In this document: positions 1 through 12,376 of the stretch, piece after piece
Layout: each line of letters starts with the position of its first letter
How positions within the stretch are numbered: position 1 is the first letter of the stretch
DNA from: Perkinsus chesapeaki ATCC PRA-425
Lineage: Eukaryota > Protista > Perkinsozoa
Length of the DNA: 64,000 nt
NCBI GenBank assembly: GCA_013115145.1
Contig: JAAPAO010000098.1
Coordinates: 1 to 64,000, forward strand
Reading direction: 5' to 3'
The notes under the pieces: generated by a model
Seen by the model: the letters and a program-made list of their open reading frames with translations, nothing else
Told to the model about the DNA's origin: nothing
Databases searched by the model: none
Translations under genes and position numbers: made by a program

Positions 1-180
1 CTATTATATCTCCTCCTCTGTATCACTAGTAACATATTCCCTATCAAACTCCTCTCTATTATATCTCCTCCTCTGTATCACTAGTAACATATTTCCTATC
101 AAACTGCTCTCTATTATATCTCCTCCTCTGTATCACTAGTAACATATTCCCTATCAAACTCCTCTCTATTATATCTCCTC
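1..180. repeat. 55-bp tandem minisatellite (about 3.3 copies, runs off window start)
   Basis: Unit CTATTATATCTCCTCCTCTGTATCACTAGTAACATATTCCCTATCAAACTCCTCT recurs at 1, 56, 111 and partially at 166; probably lies in an upstream RPN7 intron. Confidence 0.95.
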
Positions 181-272
181 CTCCTTTGCATCAAGCGTTC
201 TCGTAATATACTAATTGGGTAGTTGGGGAGTTTGTCTTCTATCTGGTGGAAACGAGCGTCGAATGGATTTAG

Positions 273-3268
273 GTTCATACTGCAATCCGCGGATGACGTG
301 TTCAACAAGGAGGAGAAAGCAGCAGCAAAGGCGGAGCTTATGAAGGCCATTAAGGAACAAAGTACCATTCCAAGTTGAAAACGCGAAACATGAAACGCTT
401 CGCTCCGCTACGGTTAGGTCAGTGTGTCTGGTACAAAGAGCTATGTGAGGAATTCGGATGGAAAGTGGATGAGCAATTGGTAGTGTTTTTGGCGGGGACG
501 GGGGGGGCAATTTGGGTTTAGGTGAATGAGATGAAAGCGAAGAACGAAGAGGAGTTGAAGAAGGTTCAACTCAGCATCGAAGGTGATTAAGGGGGATACG
601 TCTCGGGTGAGCAATTTATAAATTCGGCTTGAGGAGCAAAACCTTTCCAGCCTGCCTTGGGCTCGTTGAGCAGCATAGCTAGGTTGGCAACTGGTAGCGT
701 GTGTCTTGTTTTGGGGAGTGGCCTATGGAATTATCGTCATGGGACTCTATTGTAAAGGAAGGAATATTTTACTACTTTGAATGCTTATACCAGTGTCGGA
801 GTCTTGGTATCTGATACGGCCCAAGCATTTAATTTCGAACTCGACCGTTGCTATAGAGGCTCTAAGCACCTGGAAAATGCGATATAGTTTTACCGCTGTG
901 AAGCACACCACTAAAAATGCTTGGAATGGATGCAAGTTCACGTCTACATAAGGACCGTGCATTTTCCTTAGGCAAATCGCGAAAAATTTTATTTCTCGGC
1001 CAATTTTGAGAGTTTTGTTCTGAAATGCGAAGAGTGACAAGCTTCAAACATATAGTAATACATACTAAAAGTACAAGGTCAAATATGAAACAATATGTCT
1101 TAGAGTGATGAGGAAATGAGAAATCTTCGAAATTTTACGGACAGCCTCCTGTTTTGAACGAGTATCTTTTATACCGGTCTGGTGGGGATATTCCCGCGCT
1201 CAGCAGGGTAAAGTCGACAGGTGCCTTATTTCCGTCACCAAGTTGACTTGTGTACCTCAGCAAGCGCAAAACTGGTTTTATCTCAGACGCCCAGGAGAAC
1301 TTAGGGGATGTCGAGCAGCGCGATGCGGTACTGAATAAGGCTGAGTTCTATTTGAGAATCGGTATGAGCTTTGTGCATCTCGGTGGCAAAGTTCCTGGGC
1401 TCAGGCGACCGTGAAAAAGCTGTGGAAGCGTTTGAAGAAGCTTTAAAGATCACCGTGGGCGTGGGCGCCAGATTGGACAATATACTAACTCAAATACGGA
1501 TTAATATTTTCTGGTTAGTTTGTGAAGGGCAGGAGATTTCTTGCATTTTGGTGCGCGCAGGAACGATGTCCCTGGATGCAAGAGGAACATTGATCGAGCT
1601 CACAGTGAACTGTCCAAGGGAGGAGATTGGGAGAGACGCAATAAGCTGAAGGTTTATGATGGCCTGTAAGATTAGAAACTCATTTGAATACGGCGGGATA
1701 AACAAACGCGTATTAGACAGCTCTCAACACTTATGTTGACATATTGCTTAGGATATAGAGGTTTACACTTACCTTTATATAGGTTAACATATTGCTAAGG
1801 ATATAGAGGTTTACACTTACCTTTATATAGGTTAACATATTGCTTAGGATATAGAGGTTTACACTTACCTTTATATAGGTTGACATAGTGCTTAGGATAT
1901 AGAGGTTTACACTTACCTTTATATAGTCGCCCGTCAGCGGCAGCTCCGGCGTCCACTCGTGGCATTCTCAGGTACCAAGTCATGATACGGGATTTCGAGG
2001 CCGCTGCTGGTAAGGGGAGATTTCAAAATAATGGCGTTGAGGTGTCGTATTATCTCAGGGCAGTTTCTGTCGGCTCTTCAAACTTTCACAGCTACGGAAC
2101 TGATGCCTTTTGACGATTACATATTTTATACTGTTATTACCTCTATGGTGGCAACTGACAGGAAGACTGTTATGTGAGTTAGGGGAGCTTCGATAATGTA
2201 TTGTACAAAGACTTCATTTTGAACTTGCATAAAAAATATAAAAATATAATGTTATGTAATACGGGATATATTCGTATTATTATATATATATATCCCATCA
2301 TGAGGTTCCCATGTATAGTAAAAAGTATACAAACTAAAATCTATACCTTAGCTGCCAACGATTCATATAGCAAAGGGTGTGCGAGCGACTCGAGGAGCGC
2401 TGCACCCCCCGAACACTTGCATGGACGGCATCTGCTCACCCGTTTTCAAACTTGCCTCGCAGATTGGCCTTCTAATACAAATCATCCTCGTGATGATTTT
2501 CACGTTTCACTGGGAAAGCGTTGTCTTCCCTTTTCACTAGTGCGGAGGAATCTCATTGCCACATAGTGGTAAGGTCATTCCGCAGGACCCAATTAAAAGT
2601 GTCTTCCTCCATGGTTACGACTCGCTGTTTCTTCAGATCTCAAGTAGAGACATCCCCCGAAGTGCTGTCAGTTGTTGGTGACCTTCCTCCTCTCAAAGAG
2701 TTCCTCACCAGTTTGTACGATTCGCGTTATAAAGATTTCTTTGTAGCCTTCGGTAACTATATCTGTTCGGAGATGCCGTGTTGATTTCCAATTCAGGAGG
2801 TGTTATTCAGCGTGTTAGAAGGAACCGTTACATGAGCGTCCATCTGAGATACTTCAATCGCCAGATGAGACTGGTAGGCCGGAAAACTCGCCGCTGTCCA
2901 CACATTTTCTCAGAATGCCTACCGCCAGTTCCTGGCCTCGTACAAGTCCGTAACTCTGCGCATGATGGCGGACGCATTTGGGGTGACGCCGCAGTTCATC
3001 GATGAGTAAGTTGATGTGATCTTGGAGTGGTGATCGTTTGGCTTTAGGGAACTGTCATCCTTCATTTCGTCGGGGAAGTTATCGTGCAAGATTGATAAAG
3101 TGAACGGTGTGGTGGAGTCCAATGTGCAGGACGAAAGAAATGAGAAATACCAAAAGATTCTTAAACAGGTTGGATGCCCGCGACTGCTCTGGTTTATCGG
3201 CTTTCTATTATTAGGGCGACCTTCTCTTGAACAGAATACAGAAGTTGTCGAAAATCATTGATATGTAA
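273..3268 (+). CDS. RPN7: 26S proteasome regulatory subunit RPN7/PSMD6, multi-exon, 5' end outside window or unresolved
   Basis: Spliced exons give KAKNEEELKK, DAQENLGDVEQRDAVLNKAEFYLRIG, GGDWERRNKLKVYDG, TFTATELM, YRQFLASYKSVTL, CKIDKVNG and C-terminal GDLLLNRIQKLSKIIDM*, all diagnostic of RPN7; GT-AG introns. Confidence 0.95.
1736..1926. repeat. 48-bp tandem minisatellite (4 copies) inside an RPN7 intron
   Basis: Unit TTGACATATTGCTTAGGATATAGAGGTTTACACTTACCTTTATATAGG at 1736, 1784, 1832, 1880. Confidence 0.95.
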
Positions 3269-3479
3269 ACCTCGTGAAGGTTCCACTTTTCTCATCCATA
3301 TCGGCTGTTGTGCAGTCAGTGAACATCAGACTAACGACGAGCCAAGTCATTCGCCGGCCTTACTCATGTATGAGGTCCTTGATCGATTACCGTCTAGTTC
3401 CGGATCCTACTGCACAACCACCCAGCTTAATACCGTTCTTACCGAAGAAGACGAGCGGTGTGCGGCGCACACCGTGCGC

Positions 3480-4385
3480 GAATAAAACGCTAGTGTGAAA
3501 TACATAACGCATAACACAACGCGTTTTGCGACCAAACAATGCATGTAACGCGTTTAACGCGAAATCCATTTTACTCATGCGCATGAAAACGCGTAGCTAT
3601 TCCACTTGAAGTGTAATGGTAGTAAATTATATACTTACAGATCTGGACTAGACAAACTCCACTGGTTGAGCTCAAGTTTAAGTGGGCAACCCAACAATCA
3701 GATTAGTGACGTGCTGAAACTACTATACCTTGCAGAGATCTATTTCGCGCTTGAGGCCACCAATTTACCCACTAAGTAATTCATTTTCGCGCATAGGGAA
3801 ATTAATACCGCGGTAGGGGTCGAATAGGGAAATTAATTTATCGGATAAGGAAATCAATTCCGCCTTGAGCGCATAATAGATTTTTGGAAGGTATAGTAGC
3901 GACTAGAATTTATGGCTTCTTCATGGGAAGCCAGTTAGCCATGAAGCCATGGAATCAGCCATGAAACTTTGGTGGTAGACGACACACACAGACAGGTCTG
4001 GGAGTTCGATTCTCTTGTCTACGGCGATAGCGATTGTCAAAGCAATTGATAGTTCCACGATTTCCCTTTAGTGTCTTGTTGGCCATTGGCATTCGTAGTA
4101 CTATTGCTACCGTTCTAGGCTAGGGCTAGTAGTACTGTAGTACTAATATCCCGTCTTCACCTACGTACAACGCGTTATGTCGCGTTAAACTCATATACGC
4201 TGTGAGAAACTTGATTTAGTCACGCTTTTGCGCGTGAAACGTGCTAAAACGCGTTATAACAACGCAATAATTGCATTTTACAGTGGCGTTATTACGCGAA
4301 GTATTATCCCTAAACAACACATCACGTTTTTCTAGTTTCACACAAAGTGAAAAACAGTTTCACACGTGAAACAGGTGAAACCTCC
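3480..4385. repeat. Two ACGCG/AAACGCG-rich degenerate arrays (about 3480-3595 and 4165-4385) related to the interior of the 9.4-kb MITE
   Basis: Shared words CATAACGCGTTGTA, TTCGCGTAA..CTGTAAAA and CAACGCGTTTT with 9400-9580; the segment ends in CAGGTGAAACCTCC, resembling the MITE terminus CAGGTGAAACTCC. Confidence 0.45.
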
Positions 4386-4898
4386 GAACCGGAGGCTCCG
4401 ATCCTTAGGTTTGGCGTGGGCCTCTTAGCATGTGCAGTAACGAAGCGCTGCACAGCCAAGAAGTTCTTGGCAAGAACCCAGGGCGCGCACACAGCAAAGC
4501 AGGGTGTAAGGTGTCGCTGGAGCAGAGAGCAACCAGCGAGATCGCTCAACACTGCAACGGTCAATTGTGGCAGGAGACCAATCATTGACCCGCCAGTGAA
4601 CCATTGCACCTGTCGTGCGCACACCTCCTTCGGATCTCGGTTGTCGGTGGAGTGGGTTAAAATGATATAAGGTATATGCCTTGTCACTTACAGTATGTCC
4701 CGGCTCCTGCGGGGACAGCTAAGCTGAGCAGTAGGTCGAAGAAAACCCGCATGAAACTATATTGTATTACTGAAGAAACTCGAGCAGCTTGTTATGAGCG
4801 ACAGAAAAAAATGAAGTGTTTCTCGTTCGCTAGAGTAGACCTAAGCTAGCGTCAACAGAGAGTGGAGCTGTGGAGCTCCACTGCAGCTTCGCGGAGCT

Positions 4899-5090
4899 GT
4901 GCTTGTCGGGCTGCGACAACTGTAGCCTTGTGTAGCCGTGCTCGTCGGGCTGCGACAACTGTAGCCTTGTGTAGCCGTGCTCGTCGGGCTGCGACAACTG
5001 TAGCCTTGTGTAGCCGTGCTCGTCGGGCTGCGACAACTGTAGCCTCGTGGAGCAGCTCCACTGGAGCTGTGCTCGTTGGGCTGCGACCAA
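4899..5090. repeat. 39-bp tandem repeat (about 4.5 copies) just downstream of the first GNAT gene
   Basis: Unit GTGCTCGTCGGGCTGCGACAACTGTAGCCTTGTGTAGCC at 4899, 4938, 4977, 5016. Confidence 0.95.
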
Positions 5091-5121
5091 ATGAATGGAT
5101 GAGATAACATTGCGGTAGACT

Positions 5122-6341
5122 TCAAAAATACAGGGCGAACAGATAGAGCTTCGAAGGCTCTTCTGAGACACGATAATCGTGAATGTTCCAATCGATCATA
5201 CAACCACAACTTACCCAGCACTTTAATAAACCCCAGGCTTTCGTAGAGCGCCATTGGCACTTCCTCATCCTTGATTACGTTCAGGGTCATTCCAAGCATG
5301 CCTTTCTCTTTGCCCTGAAATGTCGAATCTCGTCTTGTCCAAATCTCACTAGGATCATCAATTAAAGCAAAAATGTGAGCGTGCAAGTGAATGCGAACAG
5401 CTCTTACAAGTTTGATACCGAGCTTAACGAGGCTTCTCCCAATACCACGTCCTCTGAAATCACTGTCAACCTCAACCTGAAGATTAGGCGAATGACGAAT
5501 CGTCGTAATAAGAGGCCTGTAAGGAAGTGGATAATGTCTATTTATTAGCATAGGCTATGTCACTCTATTTGCACTACTTTGAGATTAGCTGTGCTAGGAT
5601 TTCAGTATAACTTTAAGTTATTAACTTAGTCAGTGTAGGCAGCTGAGAATGGTTATCTCTTCACTGCCCTTCGTAGTTGCGCAGTTTACTATTAGCTATG
5701 TGATCTACACAGTTACACGCATACGTTAGGGTTTTCTGCGCCCTTAATAAGCCGTGGGTTGGAAGCTCTTTCTGGCACTCAACAGGCCGTCATCGAGAAG
5801 CAGTCTCCGATCCACCAATGATATTGCTAAGTTCAGCATATTCCTCCCTGCCTACCTGATCTATGTAACCGAAAGATCCTTTCTTTTTGGGATCCGGCCT
5901 GAAACGAGAACAACGATATTGGCTATGTGGTTAGTACGAGGCGTAACGCGTTCACTAGAAGCACGATCAGTCTCAATACATCTTTGCCCTGACCGCAGCA
6001 TCTTGCTCCTTGCTAAGTGTCTTGGGTATGGTCATCCAAATAAACCCGATAACAGCCTGATAGCAAAAACAACCTCTTACACGCCTATAGAAATGGGCCA
6101 AGCATCGATGATAAGCTGGTCGCAGCGGAAACATCCACTTTTGACCGGATCTTACCTGGGCCCCCTCCTCGAGGTTAACTGCTACGTAGCAGGGTATACC
6201 TTCTTCCCTCGCCTCGCAGCTCCAGTAAAACAGATAACTGCTGTCGAAATGGTCACCCGGTTGATAGTAGCGATACTCGATATCTGCGGTTGAAGGGAGA
6301 AGAATGATGGAAACTATACTTAAGATGTAGGAACTCCTCAT
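5122..6341 (-). CDS. GNAT-family N-acetyltransferase with predicted signal peptide (copy 1), multi-exon
   Basis: N-terminus MRSSYILSIVSIILLPSTA, GNAT motif A YIDQ|VEVDSDFRGRGIGRSLV, motif B ALYESLGF, C-terminus LYLFALYF*. Confidence 0.8.
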
Positions 6342-7052
6342 GATTAAGGATACAATCTTAGAACCGCAGTTAAGGATATGTGAGCTCTAACACGTCGTTC
6401 AGCCTTCGAGGTGCTAAGTCGGAGTGCAAGGAGAACTTAGTTATCGCTGCTTCCAACCAAGAACTAGATCTCCTAGTAGCTATGCGCATTTGTGTCGCAG
6501 CATGTAGTGAATCATGAACGATTAATCCCCTGATGACTCATAACGAGACCGAAGGTGACCGGCAGGGTGGCCGAAGGAAGGAAAGATATGAACCATTTCT
6601 CTCCTTCTTTTCTTTCCTGGAAAGAGAGAAAGATGGAGGAAATAAATTTTTATCAGCGGCCTTCGGCCGCAAAATTGTCGCTTCGCCTCTGCCAGCGACA
6701 ATAATTGTCGGCAAATTGACGACAAATTACTATAGAATGATATTGGCCCTAATGATAGTGCTACTATAGTATAGTAGCACTAATAATGCTGCACCGTTCT
6801 TGTGAACTGACGCTAATGATACAGCCTCTTAGAGGCTGCCTCTACCTCCAGTCTGGAGGCTCCAGAAGGTGCTAGTAACACCGTGTTACCTACTCGATTT
6901 CGATGACCCCGAAGAATCACCATGAGAGTCGTGGAACTTCCATCATGGAAGTAGGTGTAGCCGGATGATCCGGCCCGGAATCCGGGCCCCGGATCAATTG
7001 AACTCAAGCCCAGGAGTTCCGGTCAGGGGAAAACACGTCGATGCTTCAACCA

Positions 7053-7583
7053 TATTTTTCTTTCTTTCCTGCGGAAAGGACTCAAGGAAAGAAAGAAAGA
7101 ATGGAAACTTCAGCCACCCTCGCCGAGGGTGACATAGGCGGGCTTATAATCTGCACCGGCTCTGCGGGTTCGACTCCGGTTGGGTCCGATGTGTGGTCAT
7201 TCTCGAGAGTCAGCGACAGGCGCCGGTTGACAGGGCTGCCGTCACAGCGTGAAGGTTCGATGTCACCTATGAGTTGTCCCTGATATGTTATCAACGGAAA
7301 TTGGTGAAGTTTGCCTGAAACTGTAACGAATACGGATATACGAGTTCCCTGTACGATTGTAGAAGGACTTGTACGTAGTCATTCCACTCAGCTCCTCGGC
7401 CCGAGGGACCGAGGTTACGAATCGCAACCATCGTAACTTACGATGGGCTCGAGGTCACGGCTCGCCGGCGACCGGTGTCCCTCGGGTCGATAAACGCGGA
7501 GGAAATCTTGCCTCATGGGCTAAGATTTGACGAGGCACTGCTTCCGAGTTTGAACCAGGGTGGTCGGTTTCCCGAAGTTCATT
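7053..7583 (+). mobile_element. 531-bp dispersed repeat with tRNA-like head (SINE-like), copy A
   Basis: Near-identical to 11612-12142; contains an A-box-like TCGCCGAGGGTG, B-box GGTTCGACTCC (7167-7177) and several perfect hairpins. Confidence 0.6.
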
Positions 7584-9130
7584 TTCCAGCCACCCCCGGA
7601 TCTCTACGAATAGCAGCCATAGGCGGGCTCAACTATGCGGCTTGAAGGGTCGTAGCTGGCCGTCCCGTATAAGTTTTTGCGCGACTGGGTGTATGAGATT
7701 TTATAGTCCAAAGCCGAATATGGCTCAGTTACAGTGTCCATTCCATGAGCAGCTACCGTGATGGTCTGATACCCATACTTTCATTGTCACTGTATGGATC
7801 ACTGCATAGAAATGTAGCCTGTGCCCAGAGATTCTACTCCTCCCAGTGGAATCCACTAACGCTACCAAGGGCGTGTGGACAACTACCAAAACACAATGGC
7901 TTTCAAGGTGCGACACCACAGCTCCATCTCTAGGGCTCAAAGTATTCAGTCTTGCCACGCAGGCCCGGTGGGCCCAGTGGGCCTGGCCCACCCAGGTGAG
8001 CTCCCCAAGATTGGCTCAATATTCGATGCCCTTATCCTGCATTCCACAAGTTCCTGAAGTGCTGCATTATCGTTAGACGCGCTTGTCGTGATCGCTAGCA
8101 TGATCTTTCTGCCCTGAAGTGACTCTGATATCCCCACCGCCTCGCCGATGGCCCTCGAGTAAAAGAGCGCGAGAGGAAGCTTGCGTCATGGACTACGTTT
8201 CGACCAGGGTGGTCGGCTTTCCGGGTTTTATTTTCTGGCCCCTCCCCGGGGCCTTCGTAGGGAACCAGGGGAAATCAGACCGGGGAAACCTAACTACAAT
8301 GCAAAATTATGGTAATTACCCACCTGTGCCATGTAACTTACATTGATTAACGTAATAGGATCACATATAAATGATCTGTCTAAATCGCGCTTTATTGCCG
8401 AACTTGAATGTTACAGCTATTGCCGTGTCGAAGCTCCTGTTAAGAGTGTTGAGCTTGAGCCTTTTCAGAATGGTGTCGAGCTCGAATGTGACTCTGGAAA
8501 GCAACATCAGAAAATCTCATTCTCAGTGAGAATGTGTTAGACTTGTGTAGCGCGTCGCTGTTCTTGCGTGCAACATTGCCGAGCTCGTGGATTCACTTGC
8601 CCAACTTGACCAAGTTTGCCGTAGAGTGGAGGACGCTCTACCGTAGAGCCTCTACGTCGTAGAGTCCACGACAACACTCTTCGTCCCCTCGGTCCTTATG
8701 TACGGCCCGCTGTATATGACGAACGATAGACACGTGTGTACTGTACACGTGTGCTTACTCCCCCTGCGATAGTAAGCTCAATAAGAGTAAGTCTCCGTTG
8801 GCTCCCTTCTCGCCTCGTGTCAGTCTTGATGAACGAAGAGCAAGTAGCGGGGTTATATTACTTAAGCAACTCAAACTGCTTTGTAGATTAGGGACGAAAC
8901 CGTGGTATATCGCCATAATGCCGATGCCATTCACTAGTAGCGCTAAGCGAGTGTCAACAGAACTTGCTGATGCTGAACTGAAAAAGCTTTCGAAACCGTT
9001 CTACGAATATCTTAAATAAAGAATAATGCCAATAGAAGGCAACGAGCATTCTTCTTCTGTGTGACAATTCCCAATACCACACGGTAACCACATAACATAC
9101 GCCATGTATCAGAAAGGTCATCAAATTGTT

Positions 9131-10761
9131 TCAGAAGTACAGGGCGTAGAGTTCAAGATCCTCTTCATCTGAAACGCAACGGTTCTGAGCGTTTTGCTCT
9201 ACAACTACAGCCCAGTTTACTCAGAACGTTGAGGAATCCCAGCTTCTTGTAGAGTGCCACTGCTTCTTTGTCCTGCTCACTAACAAGCAGGGTCATACCA
9301 ATAACACCCGCAGTTCCTCTGCCCTAAAATGGAGGACTTGCGTTGTAAGGCATGAGTATCATTGGAGTTTCACCTGGTTTAGGTGAAGTGATTTTCGCGA
9401 AAAGCGCGAGGTGTTAGTAACACTGTGTTACAGTCAAAACCATCTCGCGTTGAAACACTTGTGAAAACCGCGATAACTCGGAATACACTTCCGCCATAAC
9501 GCGTTGTAAGTTACAACTTACAACGCGTTTTTCGCGTAATGCCAGCTGTAAAACGCGTTTTTCACAACGCCGCAAGTGAAATGATCCTAGTAACCCCAAA
9601 TACGGCAGGGCGACACCCTGTACAAAACACTATGTATGATCTCAAGAATAGTAGTAAACGCGGGTTGAACCCACTTCCGAAGTGGCGCGCTTTTCGCGAC
9701 AATCACTTTGCTTAAATCAGGTTTTCACCTGAACCAGGTGAAACTCCAATGAAGTGAGATGTTGTACTATGTTACTTGGCATCTTCGTACGCTAAATTTT
9801 CGATGTGAGGGTTTAAAATCCAGATTCTTACGAGCTCGATACTGTAGTCCACGAGCTTTGTTCCAATACCACGTCTTCTGAAGTCACTGGAAACCTCAAC
9901 CTAAAAACTTTGGAAATTGGCACATAAAGATTTCAGATTAGCCAATTCTCGTCTGGAGTATCCAGATTGTCATTCTATGAGGAAGCTATAGACTGTCACA
10001 GTATGCCGGGCAAATCAGCCGAGTCAATGTGAAAGTTACAAGACACTAAACGTGGCTAATAGCCACTGGCTATCATACTATATTGAAGACCCCATTTCGT
10101 TCACCGATCTGAAGCTCAGAGCTGCAGCGTATCATGCCTGAAAACCTGAAACGTTGTTTGACGAAAGCTGCTCTGCTATGAGGATTTGTCATTCCTTGAC
10201 CAAACTTCAATCGTCAAAGCTCGATCACCTCTCATTGAAACACTCGGACCGAGCGACTCGGTACATTCGGTAATATACGCAGTCGATAAGGTCCCCTATA
10301 CGAGATGCATCCTTGCTTACGTAATCTATGTAACCGAATGCTCCTTTCTTCTTGGGGTCCCGCCTGACACGAAGCAACTATGTTAGTCCTTGCTCGGAGG
10401 GCATAGGGGGATGGCTTGAAGCATTCGGCAGCAGTCAAAAGACGCGATTAGTTGCACTACATATGGGCTCTGACCGCGGCATCCTGCGTCTTAGTCAATG
10501 CCTTGGGAATCGTCATCGAAATGAACCCAATAACCGCCTAAGAGTTAATTCCAAACACTATAGAACGCCCATTACCTGAGGTCCCTTATCGGTATCAACT
10601 GCCACATAGCAAGGGATCCCTTTCCTTCCTGGGCATTCCGAATTGAATAAAAGATTGTTGAATTGATCGCCACGCTTATAGTCACGATACTCGATAGCTC
10701 TGGTTGCCAGCAGTACAAATGTCGAGACTATAGTACAGAGATTAAAGCTGTAGTGCTTCAT
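9131..10761 (-). CDS. GNAT-family N-acetyltransferase with predicted signal peptide (copy 2), multi-exon
   Basis: MKHYSFNLCTIVSTFVLLATRA, FGYIDY|VEVSSDFRRRGIGTKLV, EAVALYKKLGFL, EDLELYALYF*. Confidence 0.8.
9359..9752. mobile_element. About 394-bp MITE-like element in an intron of GNAT copy 2
   Basis: 29-bp terminal inverted repeats TCATTGGAGTTTCACCTGGTT(T/C)AGGTGAA with 1 mismatch, second 21-bp subterminal IR (9388-9408 / 9686-9706), no ORF; absent from the paralogous intron at about 12612-12634. Confidence 0.8.
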
Positions 10762-11611
10762 TGTTCAGAATAGGAGAAGCTGAACACTGGTCAGTGCGGT
10801 GTTACACCGCAGTCTCGAATACATAATGCTTAGTAAGCAAGAACATGAATTTTGCATGCATTTTTCAGCATCTAAAATTCGGGCTCCTGGTATGTCTCAA
10901 TGTACTGAAGACACAGTGATATATGGTTGCGCATGCGTATCCAGATTTTTGAAGGCTGTACTGTAGCACAATACAAAACAAGTTGTGCGGAAGAATAATC
11001 CAACTGAGTTAAACGCATGTATCATGCGGAAGAAAAGCCGTAGGCTTTTCTGTGGTTGGAACCGCATTACGAAGGTTTCGGCTAGTAGCCGAACACAGAT
11101 GGTACCAGTACCAGTTGGTAGTACCAACGACCAGATACGACCCTCCAACACAGTGTGTTGCACACACAAACTTGGTGACACCAAGAAGCCGAGCAGTTGG
11201 TAATAAGGGGCAATCTGCACAATACTCCCTTACATGCTCGTAACAACCTAACGCTCAGCTTAGCTGTCCCCGCAGCTGCCGGGGCGCACTACAAGTGACA
11301 AGGCGTATACCTTATGTCATTTCACGATTGGAACTGCGGTCTGTGACTCACTATTGTGACAGTAGTTGAAGACTTCAACTTGAAGAGCGGTATTTTGTGA
11401 CCGATGCCGAAACTTGGTTTTCGACAAAGTCGAAAACCGCCCAGGAAAACCCTCTCCGTAAGCAATGAAACCCGTCGAACAATGACCGTTAAACAGCTTG
11501 TTGAAAAGTAGGGTCGACGAATGTCTCGGAACATGTGTCTGACACCTATTCCCTTAGCTAATCCAGGCTACTTATTATTTTAACGCGCCTACGGTAAGAA
11601 AAATAGATTTT

Positions 11612-12142
11612 TATTTTTCTTTCTTTCCTGCGGAAAGGACGGAAGGAAAGAAAGAAAGGATGGAAACTTCAGCCACCCTCGCCGAGGGTGACATAGGCGA
11701 GCGTATAATCTGCACCGGCCCTGCGGGTTTGACTCCGGTTGGGTCCGATGTGTGGTCATTCTCGAGAGTCAGCGACAAGCGCCGGTTGACAGGGCCGCCG
11801 TCACAGCGTGAATGCTCGATGTCACCTATGAGTTGTCCATGATACGTTATCAACGGAAATTGATGAAGTTTGCCTGAAACTGTAACGAATACGGATATAC
11901 GAGTTCCCTGTACGATTGTAGAAGGACTTGTACTTAGTCATTCCACTCAGCTCCGCGGCCCGAGGGACCGAGGTTACGAATCGCAACCATCGTAACTTAC
12001 GATGGGCTCGAGGTCACGGCTCGCCGGCGACCGGTGTCCCTCGGGTCGATAAACGCGGAGGGAATCTTGCCTCATGGGCTAAGATTTGACGAGGCACTGC
12101 TTCCGAGTTTGAATCAGGGTGGTCGGTTTCCCGAAGTTCATT
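11612..12142 (+). mobile_element. 531-bp dispersed repeat with tRNA-like head, copy B
   Basis: Colinear, near-identical copy of 7053-7583; B-box has a C-to-T change (GGTTTGACTCC). Confidence 0.6.
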
Positions 12143-12376
12143 GATTATATAGTTATGATATACCGTATATCGCCATACACTAGTAGCGCTAAACTGGTGT
12201 CAACGGAAATTGCTGATGCTAAATGAATAAAGCTTTCGAAGCCGTTCTACGAATATGCTAAATTAAGGATAATGCCAATAGAAGGCAATGAGCAGCCTTC
12301 TTCTGTGTGACAATTCCCAATACCACACGGTAACCACATAACATACGCCATGTATCAGAAAGGTCATCAAATTGTT

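Noticed and set aside
586-600. TTAAGGGGG (also at about 20003) as piggyBac-like transposon ends
   Set aside because: No matching inverted partner found in either intron
3925-3970. AGCCAT repeats as a spliced-leader (SL) relic
   Set aside because: Does not match the perkinsid/dinoflagellate SL core CCGTAGCCATYTTGGCTCAAG; no SL gene was seen in the window
4830-5171. Repeat-derived ORFs (also 1795-1983 and 35593-35961) as proteins
   Set aside because: They are open only because the repeat units lack stops; they lie in introns or flanks of identified genes
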